Notes: generated from the letters alone by a model not told the origin. A stretch of DNA of 48,644 bases from a virus (IMGVR_UViG_3300017991_000152:1-48644), one strand, 5' to 3'. Positions 28,560-37,510 are shown, numbered from the stretch's first letter. A program made the numbers and translations.

Positions 28560-28814
28560 ATGACGATAGCGAAAGAAATTGAGAATAGGTTTTCAGGGAG
28601 TATGCGAGATGAGGAAGGCACCCATATAGAGGATACTTTAGAGGCATTATCGGACACAAAAACCACAACTGAGGACTATTTCTCAGTTAAGTATTATTTT
28701 AGTGATGGTAGCGCTTATGTGTTGTGTGAAGCGGGCCATGGCGAGGCATTTGGGGACACACTCTGTCATTGTTGGGTGAATTGTCACTGGTCCGGTTGTG
28801 ATGAGGCTGAATAG
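28560..28814 (+). CDS. Acidic hypothetical early protein with a Cys/His-rich tail
   Basis: GGAGG SD; ends CHCWVNCHWSGC. Confidence 0.7.
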   Translation: MTIAKEIENRFSGSMRDEEGTHIEDTLEALSDTKTTTEDYFSVKYYFSDGSAYVLCEAGHGEAFGDTLCHCWVNCHWSGCDEAE

Positions 28815-28817
28815 GAG

Positions 28818-29297
28818 ATGAAAATGAGACTACCAATTGAAACCCAGTGCATTGAAAATTTTAACTATGAGACGCATAAGAGGGGCCGTAGCTGGATAGC
28901 TACGGTCAAGAAAGATCGTAGAGCGCCAGGAGGATTATCGAGAGAATTTTGGTCACGAGGATCGGGCAAATGGGCGGAAATGCCTCTTGAACTTGGTGCG
29001 GGGGACGTGTTGGAATTTGCTGGCGATTACTATTCTGGTAGCTGCCGAAAAAATGCTAGCCGAAAATATGTGAAAGTCATTGTAGTTACCGATGATTACA
29101 TTGAAACGACCGCGCCGGTTGATGACGAATCTGAATTGTGGGATCTGGAATTCAAAAGTCAAGATCTTCAGGCAGACCTCGTAGATGCCATCAAAGTAAT
29201 CATGGAAAAAAATGGCCTCCATGACGAGGCAGTAGCTGAAATGCTGGCAGACAATCCGAGCAAAGGCGCCATAATGGCGTTAGTAAGGAGGTTTTGA
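28818..29297 (+). CDS. Hypothetical early protein
   Basis: AGGAG SD; 159-aa ORF in the operon. Confidence 0.7.
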   Translation: MKMRLPIETQCIENFNYETHKRGRSWIATVKKDRRAPGGLSREFWSRGSGKWAEMPLELGAGDVLEFAGDYYSGSCRKNASRKYVKVIVVTDDYIETTAPVDDESELWDLEFKSQDLQADLVDAIKVIMEKNGLHDEAVAEMLADNPSKGAIMALVRRF

Positions 29298-29298
29298 A

Positions 29299-29574
29299 AT
29301 GAAAAGAATAGCACTTACGGATGATACAGGCAGATGGTTTGATGCGGATAAGGCCGAAAAGTTTGAAGGAATCAAGCATGACAGGTATGGAGAGTGGTTG
29401 TATTTCACTGCAAGCGGTAAATTTATTTTGAATTCGTTTACGGCATACGAGGGATCAATAGAGCGCTATGAAGAAATCAATCCAGAGCGTGCTGCGAAGT
29501 GGCTGGTTATGAATAATGTATGGGACCACGTTCCCGCAAAAGCTAAGGAAATCATAGCCAGTTTAGAAATATGA
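29299..29574 (+). CDS. Hypothetical early protein
   Basis: AGGAGG SD; WFDADKA...LYFTASGKFIL. Confidence 0.7.
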   Translation: MKRIALTDDTGRWFDADKAEKFEGIKHDRYGEWLYFTASGKFILNSFTAYEGSIERYEEINPERAAKWLVMNNVWDHVPAKAKEIIASLEI

Positions 29575-29581
29575 GGGTGCT

Positions 29582-29779
29582 ATGAAGAAGAAAACAAGTA
29601 AAAAAAACCAGCTACGGTTTTCAGTAACCTTGAGAGGGGATATTCTAGAAGCGTTTTTAGCTTGGAAAACAGCCAAAGAAACAGAGAGGGGCATGAACCT
29701 GTCCTACCAGAATTGTTTGAATGAAATGATTCATCGCCAAGCCGGAGATTTGTTGGCTAATAAAAAGGGCAAGAAATAG
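29582..29779 (+). CDS. Ribbon-helix-helix DNA-binding protein (repressor candidate)
   Basis: LRFSVTL alternating beta strand followed by two helices, as in Arc/CopG/MetJ; last gene of an operator-bearing operon. Confidence 0.6.
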   Translation: MKKKTSKKNQLRFSVTLRGDILEAFLAWKTAKETERGMNLSYQNCLNEMIHRQAGDLLANKKGKK

Positions 29780-29847
29780 CTTGCCTTTTGGGTTCTTAGA
29801 GGGGTAACCTAGGGGTCACTCTTCTGGAACTGTGTCAATGAGTAGTA

Positions 29848-29886
29848 CAAAACCCGTGGCTTATCCCTACCACGGGTTTTGCTTTT
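29848..29886 (+). terminator. Rho-independent terminator
   Basis: CAAAACCCGTGG...CCACGGGTTTTG plus T-run. Confidence 0.8.
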
Positions 29887-30060
29887 GGGGGGTACGTGTC
29901 AATCAAGGCTATCAAACATCATATCAAATGTTGTCCAAAATGTTGTAGTAAGAAGTTATTATTGGACGGCAGACTAATAAAATGCTTAGATTGTAGCTGG
30001 TTAGTAGTCATAATCATTCCTTCTTATATTCCCGAAAAATAATCACAAAAGTAACAGTAA

Positions 30061-30100
30061 TTGTGTTGACAGGCACAAAAATTGTGTCACTATAGTTATA
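30061..30100 (+). promoter_or_regulatory. sigma70-like promoter with operator (copy 3)
   Basis: TTGTGTTGACAGGCACAAAAATTGTGTCACTATAGT. Confidence 0.8.
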
Positions 30101-30128
30101 TAAAGGGAAGCAACAAAGGAAAAATGAA

Positions 30129-30371
30129 ATGGCGAAGCGCAATGTATCAAAATGTCAATCAGGATTAAATCTAAGCACTAAGGAGCGGGACGAACGACGC
30201 TATGTGAAGGCCCGAGCAATTGTTGCAAAGGGCGTGTGTCCTAGTTGTGGGGCTAAAATAAAGCAAAATCTATCAATTACGGGTTGGTACCAGTGCGAAC
30301 AATACGGTGCTGTAACGCATAGAAAAGACCCAAGTAAACCCTCTTGTGGGTGGCAAACATTTACTTGTTAA
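30129..30371 (+). CDS. Small zinc-ribbon protein
   Basis: CPSC...WYQC...PSCGWQ; has its own promoter and terminator. Confidence 0.7.
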   Translation: MAKRNVSKCQSGLNLSTKERDERRYVKARAIVAKGVCPSCGAKIKQNLSITGWYQCEQYGAVTHRKDPSKPSCGWQTFTC

Positions 30372-30394
30372 AATGGGGGACTTTCTCTAAAGAT

Positions 30395-30430
30395 AAAGAG
30401 CCTACCCCAAACGGTGGGTTTTTTATTTTT
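30395..30430 (+). terminator. Rho-independent terminator
   Basis: GAGCCTACC-CCAAAC-GGTGGGTTTTTTATTTTT. Confidence 0.7.
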
Positions 30431-30438
30431 ATGGGATA

Positions 30439-30481
30439 GTCACAAAAATTGTGTTGACAGACACAATGTCAATGCTACACT
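30439..30481 (+). promoter_or_regulatory. sigma70-like promoter with operator abutting the -35 (copy 4)
   Basis: GTCACAAAAATTGTG-TTGACA-N16-(TGc)TACACT. Confidence 0.75.
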
Positions 30482-30518
30482 GATCTTATAACGCAAACAA
30501 CAAACCGAGAGGGATAAA

Positions 30519-30794
30519 ATGAATACATCAACTAGCAAAATCAAACTTCACTCCCTAAACATCAAAAATTTTATCGCTTGTTCCAACTCCGCGACTGAAC
30601 TGGACGCAACCCGTGCGTCTGAATTTCTGTGTAGACGTTATTCATTGAGTTTTTTAACTTTTAAAATCCAACGATATGGCAGAACTGTTTGGATTATCCC
30701 TACTGATAGAGCGCCAAGTCGTGTGGACATGGCGGAATATAATGAGGCCTTATTGGATGGATTTTGGCCGTATTATGAGGCTGATCAGTGGTAG
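30519..30794 (+). CDS. Hypothetical early protein
   Basis: GAGGG SD; flanked by a promoter and a terminator. Confidence 0.65.
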   Translation: MNTSTSKIKLHSLNIKNFIACSNSATELDATRASEFLCRRYSLSFLTFKIQRYGRTVWIIPTDRAPSRVDMAEYNEALLDGFWPYYEADQW

Positions 30795-30812
30795 GTTTAA
30801 AGCCTCCCTCCC

Positions 30813-30842
30813 AAAACCCGATCCCCAAGGTCGGGTTTTTTT
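30813..30842 (+). terminator. Rho-independent terminator
   Basis: AAAACCCGATC-CCCAA-GGTCGGGTTTTTTT. Confidence 0.75.
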
Positions 30843-31091
30843 GTTTCTTTCGCCAAAAATCCCGGTTGCGAATAATCAAATAATAGAGATAATAGGGCAT
30901 TTCACGAAAACCAGACTAATTAGGGGTTGTGAGTGTCGTATTGTCGCTATTACCGCAAAAGGCCGGATAATCTTTCGGTTAATGTGCTATGTAGTGGTGC
31001 GGGCCTATGGCACCCATGCCCATTTTTTATTCAGTGTTTGGGATATTCTAAAGGCCTAAATGCCAAGCCTAAAATGATATGGGGGGTACCA

Positions 31092-31373
31092 ATGGTTGAT
31101 CACGAAAAAGAACGTTATCAAGTTGAAGCTACACTTGAAGTCATTATTACTACATGTGTGGAATTGTCAGGCAAGGAACTTGAGAATCTGGATACTAATT
31201 GGCAGCAAAAAAGACGCCGCTTGGAGGCGCTACTGCGTGACAGAATACATGTAGCGAACTATCCGGGTAATGGGGGCACTGATAAGTTAGTAGGCGTTAT
31301 AGGCCGCGACAACACGATTAGATGTGATGAGCGTTATCAGCCAAAACTAATCAATATCCAAAAGATAGTTTAG
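31092..31373 (+). CDS. Hypothetical protein (MVDHEKE...)
   Basis: G-rich SD before ATG 31092. Confidence 0.6.
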   Translation: MVDHEKERYQVEATLEVIITTCVELSGKELENLDTNWQQKRRRLEALLRDRIHVANYPGNGGTDKLVGVIGRDNTIRCDERYQPKLINIQKIV

Positions 31374-31383
31374 GAGGTATTCT

Positions 31384-31662
31384 ATGCATTATCCTAGAGT
31401 GGATTGGAAGGGTTACAAAGTGACACCTAACGAAAAAATTTTGCTCGGGCATATTGTGGGGGGCCAAATGACGGGAGGAATCGAAGTGGATGACGTGAGG
31501 CATCTCTTAAATGGAGATTCGATCTTGACGCGTAACACACTTATCAGGCTAGCTGAAAAGAAGCTATTGAAAAAGAGATTGGTCAAGAGATCCGGTCTTT
31601 GGGGAGATATGCGATCAACCCGTAAAGTCCGTGTGTATTATCCAGTGGAGACTTTCGAATGA
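31384..31662 (+). CDS. Putative winged-helix protein
   Basis: AGGAGG SD; VTPNEKILL...TLIRLAEKKLLKKR...VRVYYP. Confidence 0.6.
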   Translation: MHYPRVDWKGYKVTPNEKILLGHIVGGQMTGGIEVDDVRHLLNGDSILTRNTLIRLAEKKLLKKRLVKRSGLWGDMRSTRKVRVYYPVETFE

Positions 31663-32045
31663 TATGGCTGGGGCGAAAAGAGGTGCTGGCAAAAAGGGCA
31701 AAAAGGGCACCAGTGTTTATCGAGATCTGGGGGCTTTTCCCGGAAAACTGGCATGTACCTGAGATAAGTTGGGAACCGTACCGCATGTATCTGAAGTTCA
31801 TAGGGCTTATCTCGATTCCTCGGCGATGGATTCCCCACAGATCTGATGGGTACGGCCTATGCACATATTGTGGCAGGGTAGTCTGGATCGAGGATAGGCT
31901 GATCAATCATCGATGCAATCAATGTCGTCAATTAGTACGCATAATTGAGGATAGTATTAAAACGTCAACGGATATTCACGCGCAAAAAATATGGGATACA
32001 TTTAAATGGACGAACCTGAATTCCCTACACATGAGCCGAAACTAG
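31659..32045 (+). CDS. Hypothetical protein with a zinc ribbon
   Basis: ATGA overlap with the upstream gene; CTYC...CNQC. Confidence 0.55.
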   Translation: MIWLGRKEVLAKRAKRAPVFIEIWGLFPENWHVPEISWEPYRMYLKFIGLISIPRRWIPHRSDGYGLCTYCGRVVWIEDRLINHRCNQCRQLVRIIEDSIKTSTDIHAQKIWDTFKWTNLNSLHMSRN

Positions 32046-32221
32046 ATACCGGGAACGCGTTTGTGGTGACTATAGATAGGCATAAGCGTAATGTTAGCAT
32101 GTTATTTTACGAGCCTATTTGGGGGTTGCAATTTACGCATGACGGTGTGGAAAAGCTTATTGACACGTTACGGGCATATGCCAGTGTGCTGAAATCTATA
32201 GAAAGTGGAAAAACGAATTAG
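32006..32221 (+). CDS. Hypothetical protein
   Basis: 71-aa ORF in a co-directional string. Confidence 0.55.
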   Translation: MDEPEFPTHEPKLDTGNAFVVTIDRHKRNVSMLFYEPIWGLQFTHDGVEKLIDTLRAYASVLKSIESGKTN

Positions 32222-32233
32222 GGACGCAATGAC

Positions 32234-32497
32234 ATGGAAACTACTAGGGGGGCGAATAGCAGGTCATACGTGCTAGTTAAGGAGTGCCCTAGATGTAAAA
32301 ATCAAGATCTCAGACTCAAGATAAAAGCATATCTAGATATTCCTAAAAATTACTTTATGCGGTTATCTAAGCTTCTGATCATGGAGGACGATGTTACGAT
32401 CGAAATTGATTGGGTGGGACATGTTATCTATTGTCCCGAATGCCGATGGTGTTTTGAGGCTACTATCCCGCGAAAAGGAAAAAATCAAAATGAATGA
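32234..32497 (+). CDS. Zinc-ribbon protein
   Basis: CPRC...CPEC. Confidence 0.65.
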   Translation: METTRGANSRSYVLVKECPRCKNQDLRLKIKAYLDIPKNYFMRLSKLLIMEDDVTIEIDWVGHVIYCPECRWCFEATIPRKGKNQNE

Positions 32498-32747
32498 AAA
32501 GGCAGCAAAGGGGGACACATTAAAAGATTTCCATGGAGGCCAGTTTGATGTGTGGGTGAGCAACAGCTTAAAACGGGGGGATGAATTGCTATCAAAAGAG
32601 ACCGCAGCTAACTTAATCCGCCAAGCGTATAAAAGAGGGTCTATTGATGCCACTATTCAGCTAGCTAGCATGTTTAGTCACAGAGTCAATGAAGAATTAG
32701 CTGCAGATAAAGACGTAGCAATACAGCTTATGTGGACACCTAAGTAA
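32490..32747 (+). CDS. Hypothetical protein (MNEKAAKG...)
   Basis: AAGGA SD; start overlaps the upstream stop. Confidence 0.55.
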   Translation: MNEKAAKGDTLKDFHGGQFDVWVSNSLKRGDELLSKETAANLIRQAYKRGSIDATIQLASMFSHRVNEELAADKDVAIQLMWTPK

Positions 32748-32772
32748 ATATCCCATAGATTGAGGAAATAAA

Positions 32773-33093
32773 ATGGATAAAGAAAAATCAAATCCAGCAG
32801 AAATTACCACAAATCAAATAGACCTGATGCATTCCCGACTATTATTGCTGGATGAAAAAATAAAAAAACTACAAACATCTATTGAAGATCTAAATCAAAC
32901 CAAAGAAGACCTTAAAACGAAGCAAGAAACAATCTTAAACAAGCAGTATAGACTAGTAGACAGAACAGTTAAAACCCTAAACATCATACTAGAAGTCTTA
33001 GAAACAGGCGAACCTCCAAATCAAGAAAGTACCCCACAACCGAGAAAAAAACAAGTAATACCAGAACAAGATAGACTACCAGATAAACTGTAA
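32773..33093 (+). CDS. Coiled-coil hypothetical protein encoded by strongly A-rich DNA
   Basis: GAGG SD; heptad pattern. Confidence 0.65.
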   Translation: MDKEKSNPAEITTNQIDLMHSRLLLLDEKIKKLQTSIEDLNQTKEDLKTKQETILNKQYRLVDRTVKTLNIILEVLETGEPPNQESTPQPRKKQVIPEQDRLPDKL

Positions 33094-33151
33094 TGGCTAC
33101 TAGGTAAATGGACGTGTAACTAAACCATTGTAGCCTTTTTAACTCGTACCT

Positions 33152-33231
33152 CTTAGCTTTTAACTTTTAACTTTTAGCTTTTAACTTTTAACTTTTAACT
33201 TTTAACTTTTAACTTTTAACTTTTAACTTTT
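33152..33231 (+). repeat. 7-bp tandem array (CTTTTAA)x10 plus partial units
   Basis: Units run from 33157 to 33226, with one CTTTTAG variant at 33171. Confidence 0.95.
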
Positions 33232-33289
33232 CTGGCCTTAACCCTTAAACTTTTTGTGTTGGTGGTACTAAACAAGGAAAAGACAAAGA

Positions 33290-34072
33290 ATGCCCAAACG
33301 TGAACTAGTTGGCAGGGTTAGAGATAAAAGTACGGAACCAAAGAAGCCAAAAAAACCACGTAAAAAGCCTGACAGGCCTGTTTGTGGAGCTAAAAGAAGT
33401 AACAACCGTGGATTCTGCCAAAGCACGGTTGTTTTTAAAAATGGCAGGTGCCGATTACATGGGGGGACGAACAAAGGGCCTAAGAAACAGAAGGTAAAAA
33501 AAGAACGACAAAGAGACTCGGTAGTCCATGGCATCTATGCGCATAATTACTATTTAGAAGGGGAAACACAAGCTTATGCTGAAGTTTTGACAAAAATAGG
33601 GTCATTGGATGAGGAAATAAATCTGAATAGAATGATGTTAAGGCGAGTGTCGAGCTACCAGAGCAAACTAGATGCGGCAAGGATGGACTTACTTGAAGTT
33701 GCGAATGACAAAGAGGAGTTTATAAGGGTTGCACTTGCCCATAAATTACTTACGGTCAAAGAGATTGAGGATCAAGAAGGACAAGTACCAATTGGCGATA
33801 GAGAAGGTAGGTATCTAACTGAGATCGCCAAGAGTCGCATGATTCGCAAAGTAGAGAATTTTAACTCTGAAATACGCAAATACACCCAAACGATAAAAAG
33901 ATTGGAACAAGCCCGAAAAGAATTCCTAGAAACAGAAGACTGGGGCGAGGACTTTGTTAGAAAGTTAGCTGAGGACTTGCGTAAATTTTCAAGTAACGCG
34001 GATAGCACGGTACCCATGGGATTGGGATCCGGGAACTATCCTGGTTTGAATGCTACGTGTGTTACTCAATAA
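33290..34072 (+). CDS. Terminase small subunit candidate (HGGxSTG domain)
   Basis: CGAK...C...NGRCRLHGG...GP, VVHGIYA, SLDEEI; upstream of TerL. Confidence 0.75.
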   Translation: MPKRELVGRVRDKSTEPKKPKKPRKKPDRPVCGAKRSNNRGFCQSTVVFKNGRCRLHGGTNKGPKKQKVKKERQRDSVVHGIYAHNYYLEGETQAYAEVLTKIGSLDEEINLNRMMLRRVSSYQSKLDAARMDLLEVANDKEEFIRVALAHKLLTVKEIEDQEGQVPIGDREGRYLTEIAKSRMIRKVENFNSEIRKYTQTIKRLEQARKEFLETEDWGEDFVRKLAEDLRKFSSNADSTVPMGLGSGNYPGLNATCVTQ

Positions 34073-34083
34073 GAGGGTTATCT

Positions 34084-34311
34084 ATGACTACGTACAAAGA
34101 TTGGCAACCTGGGGAATATAGGGCGCGTGTGCAGCTTGTTACAGATAAAGGGATTTCACTTGATTATTACATCCCACACCTAACCATTAAGGAGGGTGAA
34201 GAGTTGCTAAAATTTGTTAATGACTTATTTGTGAGTAGGCGGAACCGCTTAATGGGTTGCGCAAATGTAGAGTCCAAGGGGCTAAGTGAAATACCTAAAA
34301 CCAAGAGCTAA
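34084..34311 (+). CDS. Hypothetical protein
   Basis: GAGGG SD before ATG 34084. Confidence 0.55.
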   Translation: MTTYKDWQPGEYRARVQLVTDKGISLDYYIPHLTIKEGEELLKFVNDLFVSRRNRLMGCANVESKGLSEIPKTKS

Positions 34312-34313
34312 AC

Positions 34314-35216
34314 GTGACTAAAGTATCCCACAAGAAGCTAAAACCACCCATAAGTTACTATGGAGGCAAACAAAGGTTAGCTAGCAAAATAGTGAAATAC
34401 CTTCCTAAACACACGGTTTACGTAGAACCGTTTTGTGGAGGTGCTGCGGTATTTTTTGCAAAACCTTTACCCAGAACAAACAATAGCCATCATTATAGGG
34501 AATGTTTGAATGATCTTGACGGGCAACTGATTAATTTCTATCGAGTCATGCAAAGTACAGATCGTAGGTTTTTATTGCCACAAATTATGAACACAGCCTA
34601 TTCTAGGGAGGAGTACGAATTGGCGCAATTTATTTGTAATGCGATTGACGGCGAATATACATCAATCGAACGTGCATGGGGTTATTATGTTAATCTGGGC
34701 ATGTCTTTTGCTAACAAATATGGTGGGGGTTGGAGTGTTAGTGTATATAGTCATAATTCGGCGGCAACTTGGGAAAATAGGAAAAGACACATACTCAAAA
34801 CAGCTTATCGGTTAAAAGGTGTGGCATTTGAGTGCAAAGATGCGTTGGACGTGATTAGGCAATGGGACTCACCTCAAACTTTATTTTATTGTGATCCGCC
34901 TTATATTAATGCAGAACAAGGATATAAATATACATATTCTGTTGATCAGTACCGAGAACTCGTTAGTGTACTACGACGGATCAAAGGTTCATTTGTTTTA
35001 TCGGGTTATGATAACCCTTACGTGCCCCTTAACTGGCCTGTAATCAAGTTTAATGCACGAATGAGTGCGGCAAATGGCTGCAGACGCAAAGACACCGCAC
35101 GAATAGAATGTTTATGGGTAGTTGATCGGTCGGAAAACGTAAGGCCCGCAATCAAAAAACTGTTTGCAACGGGAAAATACGATTGTTTTTGTGGGATACA
35201 TGGATCTGAAAAATGA
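34314..35216 (+). CDS. Dam-like (D12 class) DNA adenine methyltransferase
   Basis: YYGGKQRL, YVEPFCGGAAVFF, NDLD, FYCDPPY, LSGY. Confidence 0.92.
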   Translation: MTKVSHKKLKPPISYYGGKQRLASKIVKYLPKHTVYVEPFCGGAAVFFAKPLPRTNNSHHYRECLNDLDGQLINFYRVMQSTDRRFLLPQIMNTAYSREEYELAQFICNAIDGEYTSIERAWGYYVNLGMSFANKYGGGWSVSVYSHNSAATWENRKRHILKTAYRLKGVAFECKDALDVIRQWDSPQTLFYCDPPYINAEQGYKYTYSVDQYRELVSVLRRIKGSFVLSGYDNPYVPLNWPVIKFNARMSAANGCRRKDTARIECLWVVDRSENVRPAIKKLFATGKYDCFCGIHGSEK

Positions 35217-36643
35217 AACAACGTAGGCTAGTTGGTAGATTGGGGAGTAATGAATACGTAGGACAATTAACGCCACGCTGGACACCGTTGCAATATCATA
35301 ATGAGCAAAGTCGTTTATGGAGGTCTTTAGCGCGGTTTAATATGGTGCCATCGGGTAGGCGTAGTGGAAAAACGGAGCTAGTGGGCAAACGCAAGATAAT
35401 ACTGCATGCGTTAAATTGCCATAATAGCGATAAACCCCATTTTTACCGCCCATGGCCCGATCCTCGTTATTTCATTGCAGCCCCAACTAGAGATCAAGCA
35501 AAGCGGATCTATTGGAATGATCTGAAAGCACTTATACCTGCCAGATTTGTTGTGGGTAGACCGAACGAAACGCAACTATCTATCCAATTGGTAACTGGAG
35601 CTCTAATTTGCCTTTTGGGTATGGATAGGCCGGAGCGCATGGAAGGAACACCCTGGGATGGCGGGGTTTTGGATGAATACGGTAATATGAAAAAGGATGT
35701 GTGGACCCAACATGTCCGGCCTTCATTGTCAGATCGTAGGGGGTTTTGTGATTTCATAGGGGTACCTGAGGGTCGAAACCATTATTACAGTCTATATAAA
35801 GATGCGCAGTCTAGAGCGGCTTACGCGCTCGATCACGCACGTTACCCGGATTGGGATGTGTTCCATTGGAAATCCGAGGAAATTTTACCCGAAGATGAAA
35901 TAGAGGCTGCTAAAAGCGATTTAGATGAACTTACGTATAACCAGGAGTATGGGGGGGACTTCGTAAGTTTTTCGGGTCGTGCATATTGGGCATTTGATGA
36001 AAAAGTAAATGTCGGCCGGTTAGAGTATGACCCTGAAAAACCGATCCATTTTTGTTTTGACTTTAACGTTGATCCGGGGGTTGCGGTGGTGGTGCAAGAA
36101 CAAATGATTGAGCAAAAGATAACAGGAGGAGATCCTGTTTGGGGGGATGGCGTTATTGGGGAGGTTTATATCCCACAGAATTCAAATACTCTAAGGGTAG
36201 TTGATAAGCTAATTGATTTGTATCCAGAGCACAAAGGTTTAATTCAGTGCTATGGCGATTATACGGGGGGCGCAAGAGGGAGTGCATCGGTTTTAGGAAC
36301 TGATTGGGAACTTATTAAACGAAGGTTATGGGCTTATTACAGCAAAGATCGGGTCATTATGAAGCTTAAACCGAACCCAAGAGAAAGGGATCGAATAAAT
36401 AGCGTAAATAGTCGATGTAGAACGCTTACAAAGCAGACTAGGCTAATGGTAGCCCCAACAAGTGCCCCAAATGTCATTAAAGACTTTGAGGGCGTCAGAG
36501 TGATTGAAGGGGGGGTAGGTGAGATAGATAAAAAGAGGGATCCGACATTGAGTCATTTAACAGATGCTTATGGTTATCGGGTTTGGTATGAATATCCGCT
36601 TAAAAAGCGCTATGAGCCTAGTGGGCAAAAATACCACCGATAA
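35213..36643 (+). CDS. terL: Terminase large subunit
   Basis: GRRSGKT Walker A, APTRDQAK, GVLDE Walker B, GVPEG.N, QEY...F, FDFNVDP, HLTDAYGY. Confidence 0.93.
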   Translation: MKQRRLVGRLGSNEYVGQLTPRWTPLQYHNEQSRLWRSLARFNMVPSGRRSGKTELVGKRKIILHALNCHNSDKPHFYRPWPDPRYFIAAPTRDQAKRIYWNDLKALIPARFVVGRPNETQLSIQLVTGALICLLGMDRPERMEGTPWDGGVLDEYGNMKKDVWTQHVRPSLSDRRGFCDFIGVPEGRNHYYSLYKDAQSRAAYALDHARYPDWDVFHWKSEEILPEDEIEAAKSDLDELTYNQEYGGDFVSFSGRAYWAFDEKVNVGRLEYDPEKPIHFCFDFNVDPGVAVVVQEQMIEQKITGGDPVWGDGVIGEVYIPQNSNTLRVVDKLIDLYPEHKGLIQCYGDYTGGARGSASVLGTDWELIKRRLWAYYSKDRVIMKLKPNPRERDRINSVNSRCRTLTKQTRLMVAPTSAPNVIKDFEGVRVIEGGVGEIDKKRDPTLSHLTDAYGYRVWYEYPLKKRYEPSGQKYHR

Positions 36644-36652
36644 GGACAAAAT

Positions 36653-36922
36653 ATGCAACGTAAGAGAAAACGAAAGAACGCGAAAGTTAAAAAGAGGGTG
36701 CCTAAGCCAAAGGCTAAACCGGATCAACCCCCTGTTCAGCAGATGCGGGTAAAACCGTTTTCAGTGATTAGAGACTTATCGGCAATGCCATTTAAAGCGG
36801 GGCAAGGGGTAACGCTGGCTGGATGGCAATTTGAAATAACATCGGTGCTTAACAACGGATCAATGAATATGCGACCGATAGGGCGTATTGTGGAGCAAAA
36901 AGGGTTAATAGTTGAACCTTAG
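36653..36922 (+). CDS. Hypothetical protein with a basic N-terminus
   Basis: AAGGA SD; MQRKRKRKNAKVKKR. Confidence 0.65.
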   Translation: MQRKRKRKNAKVKKRVPKPKAKPDQPPVQQMRVKPFSVIRDLSAMPFKAGQGVTLAGWQFEITSVLNNGSMNMRPIGRIVEQKGLIVEP

Positions 36923-36933
36923 TCTATGGGATA

Positions 36934-37455
36934 CTATGTATAAAGTTTTTGCAAAAGCGAAATGTCGTGATCGGTAAATTGAGCATCGGGGGGAGGATTT
37001 ATTCCAATAGTGCGTGACATGATGCTATCTTGTCTTTCATCATGGGCTAGGCCTAATACATGCCCCATTTCATGGCGCATGACCGTAAGCAGAAATTCAG
37101 AATCCATTCCCCTGCGTATTTTCATATCAACACTCAAGATTCGATCTTTTAAGACAGTAGGACTGGCATAACCATAAAGAGTTTCGCCTACGGTATTTGG
37201 CAAAGGGATGAAATCAGTGATGGCTAGATAACCTCTGGGGGTTTTGAGGGGGAGATCTCCAAGCGCCCATTGCGACCCTAGACCTAATAACTCACACCCG
37301 ATCAAATGGTTGAGCTCTACTGCGACAATGCGGTAAGCAGCAACAATATGTTTATCGAGATCTGGACCAAAAAAACACCCAATAGGCAGATCAATCTTTT
37401 TCCAGGATATGGGATAGCCATCAATTTCTAACAGTGAGGCATCATAACGTGACAT
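36934..37455 (-). CDS. Matrixin-like (M10 metzincin) zinc metalloprotease
   Basis: HEMGHVLGLAH (HExxHxxGxxH), DSIM Met-turn; AGGAGG SD. Confidence 0.85.
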   Translation of the reverse strand: MSRYDASLLEIDGYPISWKKIDLPIGCFFGPDLDKHIVAAYRIVAVELNHLIGCELLGLGSQWALGDLPLKTPRGYLAITDFIPLPNTVGETLYGYASPTVLKDRILSVDMKIRRGMDSEFLLTVMRHEMGHVLGLAHDERQDSIMSRTIGINPPPDAQFTDHDISLLQKLYT

Positions 37456-37478
37456 GTTGAAACCTCCTAAAAAGTGAA

Positions 37479-37510
37479 ACCCCTTAGCAACACTATTGAA
37501 GCTAAGGGGT
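37479..37510 (-). terminator. Terminator-like hairpin in the leader of the protease gene
   Basis: ACCCCTTAGC-N12-GCTAAGGGGT, then TTCACTTTTT and the SD on the minus strand. Confidence 0.55.
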
